In this document: positions 11,973-22,168 of the stretch, piece by piece
How the letters are laid out: each line of letters opens with the position of its first letter
How positions within the stretch are numbered: position 1 is the first letter of the stretch
Source of the DNA: an uncultured delta proteobacterium
GTDB lineage: Bacteria; Desulfobacterota; Syntrophia; Syntrophales; UBA2185
Length of the DNA: 64,000 nt
Assembly: GCA_963695875.1 (NCBI GenBank)
Contig: CAVOID010000014.1
Span: 1 to 64,000, forward strand
Direction: 5' to 3'
The notes under the pieces: generated by a model
What the model was told of the DNA's origin: nothing
Seen by the model: only the letters and a program-made list of their open reading frames with translations
The model's database searches: none
Position numbers and translations under genes: made by a program

Positions 11973-12557
11973 ATGAAAAATCTGCTGACAGAACTTCGCA
12001 TCTCCCTTGTCGCTACCCTATCCCTGGCGGTTCTTTTATGCGGTCATTTACCCGGCTCTGGTCTGGGTAACAGCACAGGGTATTTTCCATAACGAGGCCA
12101 ACGGGTCGCTTATCATAAGAAGTGGCAAAATTGTGGGATCGAGCCTTCTTGCGCAGGGATTTACCGGTGCAAAATACTTTCACCCGCGACCATCAGCGGC
12201 AGGTTCCGGATACGATGCCGCCAATTCCGGTGGCAGCAACCTCGGCCCACTCTCCAAGAAACTGATGGACGATGTTGGACAGCGCGTCCGTGATTATCGT
12301 GCTGAGAACGACCTTTCCACCGACGCCAGAGTACCGGTTGATGCTGTAACCGCTTCAGGAAGCGGACTTAGACCCGCACATCAGTCTGGAAAATGCACTG
12401 TTACAGGCATCCCGTGTTGCTCGTGTGCGAGGATTGAGCTGGGGAAGCCATACGCAACATGATCACGGCTCGCACGGAGGGGCGCGTTCTGGGAATCTTC
12501 GGTGAACCCCGGGTCAACGTGCTACTCTTGAATCTGGATCTGGATGGGAGCAAATGA
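11973..12557 (+). CDS. kdpC: K+-transporting ATPase subunit C, two frameshifts
   Basis: MKNLLTELRISLVATLSLAVLL..., then frame change to ...NEANGSLIIRSGKIVGSSLLAQGF...YDAANSGGSNLGP...VPVDAVTASGSGL, then ...ITARTEGRVLGIFGEPRVNVLLLNLDLDGSK*. Confidence 0.85.
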
Positions 12558-12560
12558 ATC

Positions 12561-14237
12561 ATGCCTGCCGAAAATCGTGCAGATTCTTTTTTAAGGATGA
12601 TTCGCCGAGCCCAGCGTGGTCATCTGAAAGTATACCTGGGGTATGCCGCGGGCGTGGGTAAGACCTACCGCATGCTCCAGGAGGCTCATCAGCTCAAGGA
12701 TGAAGGGATCGACGTGGTCGTGGGACTTGTGGAAACCCATGGCCGTGCAGATGTCGCCAGGCTCCTGGAAGGGCTGGAAATAATCCCCAGGCGCAGCCAG
12801 GAATACCGCGGCATCATCGTGGAAGAGATGGATGTCGATGCAATACTGGCCAGGAAACCCCAAATCGTGCTCGTCGATGAACTGGCTCATACCAATGTGC
12901 CGGGCAGTCGAAATGCAAAGAGATATCAGGATGTCCAGGACATCCTTGCCCAGGGGATTCACGTTATCACTACCTTAAATATCCAGCATTTGGAAAGCCT
13001 TTATAATATCGTCGAAACGGCATACCGGGGTGAGGGTTCATGAGCGTCTCCCTGACTCCGTTCTTGCCGAAGCAGATCAGATTGTCAACGTCGATTTGAC
13101 CACGGAGGATCTGGAAGAACGTCTGAAAGAAGGGAAAATATATCCCCTGGAACGCGTTGAAACTGCCCTATCAAACTTCTTCAAAAAATCAAACCTGGAG
13201 CAGCTCCGTGAGCTTACCCTGCGCGAACTGGCCTCTCAGATCGATCTGCGATACCGGGATGATCTGGAAGAAGAGGTTGCGGCAACACCCGATCAGGTGA
13301 TGGTATGTCTCAGCTCAAAAGGCCCTAACAGTGAAAAACTCCTCCGATACGCGTCACGACTGGCGGGCAGGCTCAACAGAAACTGGTATGCAGTCTATGT
13401 TCAGACGCCGGTCGGAGGCGCCTACGGCCATTGATGCGCGGACACAGCGTATCCTCTCCGGCACTTTGACGCTCGCGAAGCAACTAGGGGCTATTGTGTT
13501 CACCTTCAAGGGAGAGGACATTGTAAAAACGATATTGCAATTTGCCAGGGAGTACCGGGTAGGACACATCGTGATCGGCAGCCCGAGAAAAATTCCTTTC
13601 TGGAAACTCCTGCTTGGCGAACGCAGTGTCGCCGAACGTCTGATCCACGATGCCAGGGGTGTTACATGTCACTGTCCTGGATACACTGGAGCCGGGGGCA
13701 GCCATACCCCTCCCGGTGGAAGCGAAGATCATCCAGGAGGAGACTGTCCCTTCAGCGCCTCCCCCGGAAACCGTCGGCACAGACTTAAGTCACTTCATAT
13801 CCCGTAAGAGCATTGTCATCTGGGATACGCCAATAGCAAAAGACAATTTGCTCCAGAGCCTCACAGAGGCAATACGGTGTGAAAACGGAATCGAACAAAG
13901 ATTAAAGGGACTTGATGCAGTCAGAGAAAGAGAAGAACAAGGGTCAACCTTCTTTAACGAAGGAGTTGCCTTTCCCCATGCGAGAATTGAGGGTTTAAAA
14001 CGCTCGTGTGTTGCTATCGGACTGACCCATCGCGGCGTGCCCGACGTTGAGACAGAGAAACCCATTGAATGCGTATTTTTAATCTTCTCACCCGCTGATA
14101 TTCCAGATGAACAGCTTCAGATACTGGCACTGGTCAGCAAGGCCGCCCAGGACAGGCACCTGATGGACAATCTGCGATCTGCGAAAACTCCTGCTGAGGT
14201 ATACACGGCCATTCAGAACTGGGAGGCTGCCCTATAA
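12561..14237 (+). CDS. soluble KdpD N-terminal sensor domain + Usp domain + PTS EIIA(Ntr-type) domain fusion; no TM or kinase domains; frameshifted in assembly
   Basis: 12561-13043: KdpD-N (GAAGVGKTYRMLQEAH...VITTLNIQHLES). 13030-13434 and 13331-13807: Usp-like (VMVCLSSKGPNSEKLLRYA...IVIGSPRK). 13650-14237: PTS_EIIA_2-like (GVAFPHARIEGLKRSCVAIGL). Segments abut in alternating frames; the 13640 junction is consistent with a 1-nt indel. Confidence 0.75.
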
Positions 14238-14267
14238 TACCCTCACCTTATGAACGCAGTGCCTGCG

Positions 14268-15158
14268 TTACGGCCATCTTCCGGCTGATTTTTCTTCTGG
14301 AACAGGCGGATTCTTTGATTGTCCGTCGCCTGAGCTGCCGTCATCAGGCTTCTTATGCAATTGATCAGTTGTCTCTTTGTCGTCTGATTGTGATTGCTCC
14401 TCAGGCTGTTTCAGATCCTCCCTTTCAATGCTTTCAGGCTCACTCATGACCTCCTCATACTCAGGAATCACGATGCCTCTTCTGACCATGATTTCATAGA
14501 TCTTATCAGAGCGGTTTTCAACAAACTTTGAATCGCCTGAAGGATTAAACCTTCTGGGATTGGGGAGAACAGATGCCAGCCGCGCCGCTTCTTTTGCCGT
14601 CAGTTCCGATGCGGGCTTGCCAAAGTAGCTGTGAGCGGCAACTCCGATACCGAACAGACCATCACCCCATTCAGCAACATTCAGATAAAGCTCGATAATC
14701 CTTTTTTTGGAAAGATTTCTCTCAATCCGCCAGGTAAGGATAGCTTCCTTTATCTTCCGAACAGGATTCTTTGAAGGAGTCAGATACAGGTTCTTTGCGA
14801 GTTGCTGACTGATTGTACTTCCGCCAAGCGCAAATTTCTTCTTTTTAATGTCCTTTTCAATGGCCTTTTGTATGGCATCATAATCAAACCCCTCGTGGGT
14901 CCAGAATTTATCATCTTCCGCAATAATTACCGCCTTGATGACGTAAGGAGAAACTTGAGACAAAGGTACCCATTGCTGGGCGATTTTTTTCTTTTTACCC
15001 TGACTCTGCCACTCTTCTTCCCGATACTCCATGAAAGCCGTTTTTTTGGGGTGCATTTTTCTCAGCTTTGAAACATCCGGGTAAACAAAATACACACCAA
15101 TACTTAGAAAGAGAGCTGCCAAAATGATAATAATAAGAATTCTAATCAATTTCTTCAT
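14268..15158 (-). CDS. mtgA: monofunctional biosynthetic peptidoglycan transglycosylase
   Basis: N-terminal TM anchor, then GT51 motifs (IIAEDDKFWTHEGFDYDAI, GGSTISQQLAKN, RKIKEAILTWRIE). Start probably MKKLIRIL at 15158. Confidence 0.8.
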   Translation of the reverse strand: MKKLIRILIIIILAALFLSIGVYFVYPDVSKLRKMHPKKTAFMEYREEEWQSQGKKKKIAQQWVPLSQVSPYVIKAVIIAEDDKFWTHEGFDYDAIQKAIEKDIKKKKFALGGSTISQQLAKNLYLTPSKNPVRKIKEAILTWRIERNLSKKRIIELYLNVAEWGDGLFGIGVAAHSYFGKPASELTAKEAARLASVLPNPRRFNPSGDSKFVENRSDKIYEIMVRRGIVIPEYEEVMSEPESIEREDLKQPEEQSQSDDKETTDQLHKKPDDGSSGDGQSKNPPVPEEKSAGRWP

Positions 15159-15823
15159 AATCCCGAAATTTCCATTAACCATTGTCTTCCAGATAAACTA
15201 TTTGCAGAAATTTTTTCCGGTTGACAATGCGATTTCACGCCACCCTCCATATACCATTTCGTCATATTATGAAAGTCAGGAAATACCATTTCACATGACT
15301 TCTCTGATATAAAATACATTGACCTTAAAATATTCGGATATATTGTCATAATTAACACACATTTGTGTCGCCACTTCACAAAGAACTTACATTTATGTTC
15401 GCCAGTTACGCGATTCTTATTCCCATAAATGTGCAACTCTCACTCAGAAAAGGTAAAAACACATCTATGGGCAGTTTATTATGAAATGTTATCAAGATTC
15501 CCCAGTCTGGCATAAGTTTTGAAGTACTTAATATCTTAAAGATTATTTTTATTCACAGACAGGGCATTAGAAGGGTAAATAGATCCATTTTTGTAAATAG
15601 ACTGTTAGTGATCTTCGTCACAGCTTTTTACTCTATTTTTAAATATATTACATCTAAAGCCCTTTAAAAATTTGCGTTCATGCGAAAATTTGTTTTGACT
15701 TAAGAATGTTTTTTTTGTAGAAGATTTTGTTAGCTTTTCTGTGTGCAGTATGTAATCCATGTCAAAATCTGTGCACCGTTAACAAAATGTGGGATCCCCC
15801 GAATGGAAAAGAGGAGGTACTTC

Positions 15824-16795
15824 ATGATGAAACGGCAGATTTTCCTATGGATGGGACTGATTGTCCTGTTCACTGCATTTGGCCTCAACCAGGAGGTACT
15901 TGCAAAGGAATATACGGTCAGGCAGGGCGATTCACTCGCCAAGATTTCAAAAAAGTTCGGTGTTACTACTCAGGCATTGATGGAAGCCAATGATCTGACA
16001 AGCAATGCCCTCAAACCAAAACAAATCCTCGTCATTCCAGATAACGGCAAGAAACAAATTACAAAATCCAAGAAGGCACATTCTTATAACGCCGAATACT
16101 ATGTGGTGAAAAAAGGAGATACCCTTCAAACTATTGCAAAGAACACCGGCCATTCAGTAAATGAAATCAGAAGGTTAAATCGTGTAAATGCAAGGTCCTT
16201 GAAAATAGGACAGAAACTTGTGCTGGCAAGGCTTGGTCCTGTGAGAGAACTGGCTGTGGCACGCACTGATGAAATAGATGAAGCGGAAGATGACGATGAT
16301 CTGCTTGGCGATGATGAAGACATTGTCATGAATGATAGCTTGCCTGAAGCAGAAAAGGACGTTGAAACAAACGCTGAATTGTTGGGTAAATGGGACAGTC
16401 CCCATGAGCGGTCACTATTTGTCCGGGTTGCCAAGGGATTTTTAGGAGCTCCTTATCGATTGGGGGGTTCATCTGTCAGGGGTTTGGATTGTTCCGCATT
16501 TGTGAAGAAGATTTACGAATTTTTTGATGTCAGCCTTCCCAGAACAGCAAGAGAACAGGCACATGTAGGGCAACGCATATCGAGGGATGAATTGAAGGAA
16601 GGGGACCTCGTCTTTTTCAATACTAGGCGGGCGTATGGCCATGTGGGGATATATATAGGAAACAATGAATTCGTCCATGCGGCAGCCGGCCGGCAGAGAA
16701 TGGTCAGGATTGATACTCTAGACAAACCTTACTACAATAAACGCTTTATCAAGGCCGTCAGGATTAAAGGATTGGACAGTGGATTATCTTCCTGA
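15824..16795 (+). CDS. secreted LysM(x2)-NlpC/P60 peptidoglycan endopeptidase
   Basis: RBS GAGGAGG then ATG 15824. Signal peptide, two LysM repeats (YTVRQGDSLAKISKKFGV; YVVKKGDTLQTIAKNTGH), Asp/Glu-rich linker, NlpC/P60 core (GLDCSAFV...GDLVFF...GHVGIYIG). Confidence 0.85.
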   Translation: MMKRQIFLWMGLIVLFTAFGLNQEVLAKEYTVRQGDSLAKISKKFGVTTQALMEANDLTSNALKPKQILVIPDNGKKQITKSKKAHSYNAEYYVVKKGDTLQTIAKNTGHSVNEIRRLNRVNARSLKIGQKLVLARLGPVRELAVARTDEIDEAEDDDDLLGDDEDIVMNDSLPEAEKDVETNAELLGKWDSPHERSLFVRVAKGFLGAPYRLGGSSVRGLDCSAFVKKIYEFFDVSLPRTAREQAHVGQRISRDELKEGDLVFFNTRRAYGHVGIYIGNNEFVHAAAGRQRMVRIDTLDKPYYNKRFIKAVRIKGLDSGLSS

Positions 16796-16825
16796 ATAGT
16801 CTAAATTCAAAACTAATTTCTTTGA

Positions 16826-16859
16826 AAGATGGGATACGCAAGTATCCCATCTTTATTTG
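16826..16859 (+). terminator. rho-independent terminator
   Basis: aagatgggatac-gcaa-gtatcccatctt followed by tatttgt. Confidence 0.65.
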
Positions 16860-17060
16860 TACAAAATCAGACAGAATATTTACAAAATCATTTTTTTATT
16901 GATTTATTTGTGTACCCTTTATATCCTGCATCCATACCCTGCATGCTAACGATACATTGCAGTCAGTAACCACCGAATAAAAGACGGTTAAATTGCATAA
17001 GAAAGGCGTGCTGGTATCAGAATGTATAAACATCTATATTAAAAAATGGAGGAGGCAAAC

Positions 17061-17834
17061 ATGCATAAGAGTTTATCATCGTTCATTTGGGTTCTAATGT
17101 TTTCCTTTTTTATCAGCGGCTGCGTTACCACGGCTACTTACGAGAAAAAAGCAGCAGAAGCGGACAATCAGGCAAAAGAGCTAGCATCTATCCAGCAAAA
17201 ATTCAATAATATGAAGGCAGACAGGGATCAACTGAAAGAAGCTTTTGCAAATGCGACCAGTGACCAGTCAAAGACCATCACCGATATGAGGCAGAAAAAT
17301 GCCAACCTTGAAGCTGAAAATACAAGACTGAAGGAAAATCTTGCCGAGATGAAAAAGAAAGAGGCGGAAGTACAGTCGGAAAGTAATACTTATAAACAAC
17401 TGATGCAGGAAATGAAGGATGAGATCTCCAAAGGACAGGTCACAATTTCAGAACTGAAAGGAAAACTGACCCTGGATGTCGTGGACAAAATCCTTTTTGC
17501 CTCCGGGCAGGCAGAAGTGACAAAGGAAGGTCTTGCTGTTTTAAATAGAGTTATAGATATCCTCAAAAATGTGAAGGATAAGGCAATCCGTATTGAGGGG
17601 CACACCGATAATGTAAGAATCAAGGGCAAGCTGGCTAAGCAGTATCCCACCAATTGGGAGCTCTCGGCTGCCCGTGCCATTAACGTGACAAAATATTTAC
17701 AGCAGCAGGGGATCGATTCTACACTATTATCAGCGACGGCTTTTGGCGAATATAAGCCGGTTGCAAACAACGACTCTTCGGAAGGAAGGGCCAAGAACCG
17801 GAGAATAGCCATTATTCTGCTGCCAAAGGAGTGA
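17061..17834 (+). CDS. OmpA/MotB-family lipoprotein with N-terminal coiled coil
   Basis: RBS GGAGG then ATG 17061. Lipobox FISGC, coiled coil, OmpA C-domain (IRIEGHTDN..., NWELSAARAINV, NRRIAIILLP). Confidence 0.8.
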   Translation: MHKSLSSFIWVLMFSFFISGCVTTATYEKKAAEADNQAKELASIQQKFNNMKADRDQLKEAFANATSDQSKTITDMRQKNANLEAENTRLKENLAEMKKKEAEVQSESNTYKQLMQEMKDEISKGQVTISELKGKLTLDVVDKILFASGQAEVTKEGLAVLNRVIDILKNVKDKAIRIEGHTDNVRIKGKLAKQYPTNWELSAARAINVTKYLQQQGIDSTLLSATAFGEYKPVANNDSSEGRAKNRRIAIILLPKE

Positions 17835-17852
17835 CAGTTTAAAAGTTCCATC

Positions 17853-19787
17853 ATGGCTAAGACCATCACTGAAAAAATTATAGAAGAACATATTGTTTCT
17901 GGCAGATATGCACCCGATACTGAGATCGGCATTAAAATCGATCAGACCCTGACGCAGGATGCAACAGGGACTATGGCTTATCTGCAGTTAGAGTCGATGA
18001 ACGTTCCACGCGTCAGAACAGAATTATCGGTAAGTTATATCGACCACAATACTATCCAGATCGGCTTTGAAAATTCTGATGACCACAGGTACCTGAAGAC
18101 TATCGCGCAGAAATTTGGTATATACCTGTCGCGGGCAGGCAATGGCATCTGTCACCAGGTACACTTTGAGAGGTTTGGGAAACCTGGAAAAACGCTCCTT
18201 GGCTCCGACAGTCATACTCCTACAGGGGGAGCCCTGGGCATGCTCGCCATCGGGGCCGGCGGCCTCGATGTGGCTTTGGCTATGGCGGGAGAACCCCTCT
18301 ACCTTGCCTGTCCCAGGATAATCAAGATCAATCTCACCGGTAAGCTTCCTCCGTGGACCTCGGCTAAAGATATCATCCTCAAGGTTCTTGAGATTTTTAC
18401 CACGAATGGAAATGTCGGCTGTGTTTTTGAATATGGAGGAGAGGGAATGGCAGCTTTGTCAGCACCGGAGAGGGCAACAATTGCCAACATGGGGGCGGAA
18501 TGCGGTGTAACCACTTCCGTCTTCCCCAGCGATGAAATGACGAGGCTTTTCTTAATGGCCGAAGGAAGGGAAGCGGATTGGCGGGAGATAACAGCTGATC
18601 CGGATGCCGAATATGAAAGGATCGTTGATATAAACCTCTCCGAACTCGTTCCCCTTACCGCAAAACCGCACAGTCCCGATAATATCAGCACCGTAAGAGG
18701 TGTGGGAGAAATTGAAGTGAATCAGGTCTGTATTGGCAGCTGTACGAACTCATCCTACAAAGACCTGGTAACAGTCGCCAAGATTCTGAAAGGCAAAGTG
18801 GTTCACCCAGAGACTAGTTTTATTATCACCCCCGGTTCGAGACAGGTTCTGGAAAATCTTGCCAGAGACGGTTATCTTGCAGACCTTATCCAGTCGGGCG
18901 CCAGACTCATGGAAAATGCATGCGGTTTCTGCATCGGGAGCAGCCAGAGTCCCCAGACAAAGGGCGTGTCTCTCCGGACGTCCAATAGAAATTACCTTGG
19001 CCGCTCAGGTACACTTGATGCGGAAGTTTACATAGTGAGCCCCGAAACGGCAGCAGCAGCTGTCATTACAGGCAGGTTCACCGATCCCCGCGACATTGGT
19101 ATGGAATATCCTGAAGTGAAAATGCCCAAACAGTACTACATCGACGACAGTATGATAATGAAACCTGAAGATACAAGGGATCCATCCTTAATAGAAATTT
19201 ACAGGGGCCCCAATATAGGCGCTCCTCCCAGGAATGACCCCTTCCCAGAGATGATTCAGGGCGAAATTACAATAAAGGTCGGGGACAAGATCACGACAGA
19301 TCATATCATCCCTGCCGGTACCCGGATGAAATATCGTTCAAACATACCCAAATATTCGGAGTACTTTTTTGAACTGTTGGATGGACGTTTTTACAAACGC
19401 GCCAAAAAAATCCAGGATAAGGGAAGGCATAACATCATCGTTGCCGGAATTTCCTACGGGCAGGGTTCGTCGAGGGAACATGCCGCCATGTGCCCGATGT
19501 TTCTTGGCGTGAAGTCTGTTATTGCTAAGTCTTTTGAGAGAATCCATTCGGCGAATCTGATAAACTTCGGAATCCTTCCCGTTACCTTCAAGGATGAGAA
19601 AGATTATGACCGTATTAACCAGGGTGATAGTCTTAAGATACCGTATGCCAGAAATGTCATCAAAGAAAACGGCAAAATGATTGTTATAAATGTCACGAGT
19701 GGCATTTCATTCGAGGTCATTTACAGCCTGTCAGAAAGGCAAAAGAATATTTTGCTGGCTGGCGGTGCGCTCAATCTCCGAAGATAA
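17853..19787 (+). CDS. aconitase-family hydratase (fused large + swivel domains; putative aconitate hydratase)
   Basis: Intact 644-aa ORF. Aconitase motifs: HQVHFERF, GSDSHT, CIGSCTNSS, GFCIGSS, IISYGQGSSREHAA. Confidence 0.8.
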   Translation: MAKTITEKIIEEHIVSGRYAPDTEIGIKIDQTLTQDATGTMAYLQLESMNVPRVRTELSVSYIDHNTIQIGFENSDDHRYLKTIAQKFGIYLSRAGNGICHQVHFERFGKPGKTLLGSDSHTPTGGALGMLAIGAGGLDVALAMAGEPLYLACPRIIKINLTGKLPPWTSAKDIILKVLEIFTTNGNVGCVFEYGGEGMAALSAPERATIANMGAECGVTTSVFPSDEMTRLFLMAEGREADWREITADPDAEYERIVDINLSELVPLTAKPHSPDNISTVRGVGEIEVNQVCIGSCTNSSYKDLVTVAKILKGKVVHPETSFIITPGSRQVLENLARDGYLADLIQSGARLMENACGFCIGSSQSPQTKGVSLRTSNRNYLGRSGTLDAEVYIVSPETAAAAVITGRFTDPRDIGMEYPEVKMPKQYYIDDSMIMKPEDTRDPSLIEIYRGPNIGAPPRNDPFPEMIQGEITIKVGDKITTDHIIPAGTRMKYRSNIPKYSEYFFELLDGRFYKRAKKIQDKGRHNIIVAGISYGQGSSREHAAMCPMFLGVKSVIAKSFERIHSANLINFGILPVTFKDEKDYDRINQGDSLKIPYARNVIKENGKMIVINVTSGISFEVIYSLSERQKNILLAGGALNLRR

Positions 19788-19848
19788 TCCGCTATACTTT
19801 GCTTATAATCCTGCGCACGGTCATAACAGGATTGCTTTTTGAAACTGA

Positions 19849-21337
19849 AATGATACCCGTTGAAGAAATTTTTTATCATTGCCTTTCCGGTCCCTTCAAG
19901 GGTGAACTGACAGCACATAATGTTTCGCTCTATCATACCTCCCCTTTCAATATCTATTGCGAGAAATTTATTCCTGTAGATGAGAAAGACCCTATGGGTC
20001 CTTATCGCCAACTCCTTTTGGAAAGAGGGCTTGAGCATGAACACAGGGTAATAGAAGGCAGATATCCCGAATGCCGGACAATCCATTACGAAACACCTGA
20101 AGAAGGTTTTCGTAAAATCCTCGATCAAATGGTAAGAGGAGCAGAGGTCATCCGCGGCCTTCCCCTGTTATATTTCCCGGAAAATATGCAGGGAAGAATA
20201 GACGTCCTTGAGAAGAGATATGATCATCCTTCCGTCTTCGGCAACTACCACTACACCGTAACGGAAATTAAACAGGCAAAAAAAATAAAAAAAGACCACA
20301 TCCTTCAGGGGGCTTTTTATACATATTTACTGGCAAATATCCAGGAGTGCCTTCCAGAGAAATTCCGGGTTATCAACCATGACCTGGAGACACTGGAATA
20401 TTACTTCTCAGATTATGAGGCAGAACTGCAAAGTGCCATCAGAGGAACGCAGGCAATTCTGGACGGCATAGAACGACCTACGGCAACCTACAATGCCTCA
20501 GAATGGCCATGGGAAAGATACAGCAATCACGAGGCACTGAGGATGAGAGATGTTTCGCTGGTCGGACAAGTCGGTCCCCGGACAAAAGAGAAACTGGTCG
20601 CACGGGGTTACAAAAAAATTTGGGATATTTCATATGCAAAGGTTGATACTTTGCTGACTATTCAGGGAATAAACGAGACTACAGCCAGAAAACTCATTTT
20701 GAATGCACAGGCTATAATGAAAAACGAACCCATCCTTCTCGATCGGTCGGCCCTGAGATTACCGGCAAAATCTACCGAAATCTTCCTGGATCTGGAAGGA
20801 ACAGATCAACCGGACCTGGAAGGAGAGGTTGATCCGGTTGACTATCTCATCGGGGTTGTTGTTTGCAAAGACGGCAGGGACGAATATCAGTCATTCATAG
20901 CCCACAGGATACGTGATGAAGAAAAGATGTTCCGGGATTTCATGTCCTTTCTGAAAACACAGAATGATTATGTTATTTACCATTGGCACAATTATGAACA
21001 CTGGCATATCAAGCGTCTGGCGGAACGATATAACTTAACCGAAGAGGTGGAGATATCGGTCTTACCCCACATGATTGACCTCCACAGGATCGCCACAAAG
21101 ACATTCGCCTTTCCCACTTACACAAATGGCCTTAAAGATGTGGCTGCCTTTTTAGGCTTCAAGTGGCGGCATGATGACATCAACGCCCTTGACGCCATCG
21201 CCTACTATCTCAGATATCAGACTAATCCGGAGACCTACCGGGGCAAAATCGAGGCCGTCATCGATTACAATGAAGACGACTGCCGGGCCACGAAACGGAT
21301 CAAGGACTGGCTGCAGGAGCAGCAAAATAATTTATAA
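19849..21337 (+). CDS. RecB-like nuclease, TM0106-type (PD-(D/E)XK N-domain + RNase-H-like C-domain)
   Basis: ORF 19799-21337 (TTG); a more plausible ATG is at 19849 (MIPVEEIFYH). C-terminal IFLDLEGTD...DYLIGVVV...YHWHNYE resembles the YprB/RNase_H_2 fold. Family assignment is from memory of motif patterns. Confidence 0.55.
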
Positions 21338-21375
21338 GACTGCTGTTCATTGTCATCTGAAGCAAATGTTTTACT

Positions 21376-21849
21376 CTAATATACCCGCGCGATAAACTCG
21401 GCAACACACGCCGGTTTCTCACTGTTCTCGATCTCTATCGTCATAATGTAGGTAATCTGTATGGCCTCGCCGATTTTCTCTGCACTTTGCAGTCTTGTCC
21501 TCGCCCTGATTAGGGAGTTGACTACAACCGGTGCGGGAAAACGCACCTTATTAAGGCCGTAATTCACCCGCATCTTCATCCCCGGGTAGTTCCTTTGAAA
21601 GTAGTCGGGGTGGTTGCTCTCGGTAAGGTAAGGAAGGAGGGACAGCGTCAGAAATCCGTGGGCGATGGTTGCCCTGTAAGGAGATTCCCTTTTCGCCCTA
21701 TCAGGGTCGGTGTGTATCCATTGGCGATCGCCAGTCACCTCTGCGAAGCGGTCGATCCGCTCCTGATCAACCATCAGCCAGAGGCCGACATGGATTTCAG
21801 TGCCGATCTTCGGCCGCAAAAATATAAGTAACTTATCGGATGCTGACAT
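21376..21849 (-). CDS. MaoC-like (R)-specific enoyl-CoA hydratase / hot-dog fold dehydratase
   Basis: 157-aa ORF with the ...FAEVTGDRQWIHTDPDRAKRESPYRATIAHGFLTLSLL... hot-dog motif. Confidence 0.8.
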   Translation of the reverse strand: MSASDKLLIFLRPKIGTEIHVGLWLMVDQERIDRFAEVTGDRQWIHTDPDRAKRESPYRATIAHGFLTLSLLPYLTESNHPDYFQRNYPGMKMRVNYGLNKVRFPAPVVVNSLIRARTRLQSAEKIGEAIQITYIMTIEIENSEKPACVAEFIARVY

Positions 21850-21963
21850 AATGCCTCCTGTAACTAACCTGCAAAATTAAGCATGTCATTTCGAAGGAAC
21901 AAAGTTACTGAAAAATATTCGATATCTTCAGATAAGATTTTCCTCTTCGATAGAAATTACATA

Positions 21964-22113
21964 ATTGAAGCTCTCCATAGTAGACTACGGAGAAGCTTCG
22001 ATCCACAAGGAATAATAATGTTCCCCATTCGCTCGCTTACCCCGCAGCAAGCTACGGGGAATGCGCTCACTGCCGGATTCGAACTCCGTAAAGTTAGCAC
22101 TCGCCGCAAGTAA
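21964..22113 (+). repeat. copy 1 of a ~120-bp intergenic module (hairpin + SD + 31-codon mini-ORF MFPIRSLTPQQ...)
   Basis: Shares attgaagctctcc...cggagaa.cttcgatccacaaggaataataatgttccccattcgctcgcttaccccgcagcaagc...gcgctc.ctgccggattc with 38498-38620. Lies 5' of icd on the same strand. Confidence 0.7.
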
Positions 22114-22168
22114 AATCATAAACTCGACTCCTATGGACATGCAACCTCCTTTATGATAGAAACAAAAT

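Noticed and set aside
15696-15725. sigma70-like promoter TTGACT-N17-TAGAAG upstream of the LysM-NlpC/P60 gene
   Set aside because: The -10 hexamer is weak. Many equally good matches exist in this AT-rich 380-bp intergenic region. Not specific enough.
22050-22085. tRNA-like T-arm sequence (GGAGTTCGAATCCGG on the minus strand) inside repeat copy 1
   Set aside because: The matching position in copy 2 reads GTTGAATCC. No acceptor or anticodon stems can be drawn. The T-stem would have an A-C mismatch. It is a chance resemblance within the repeat.
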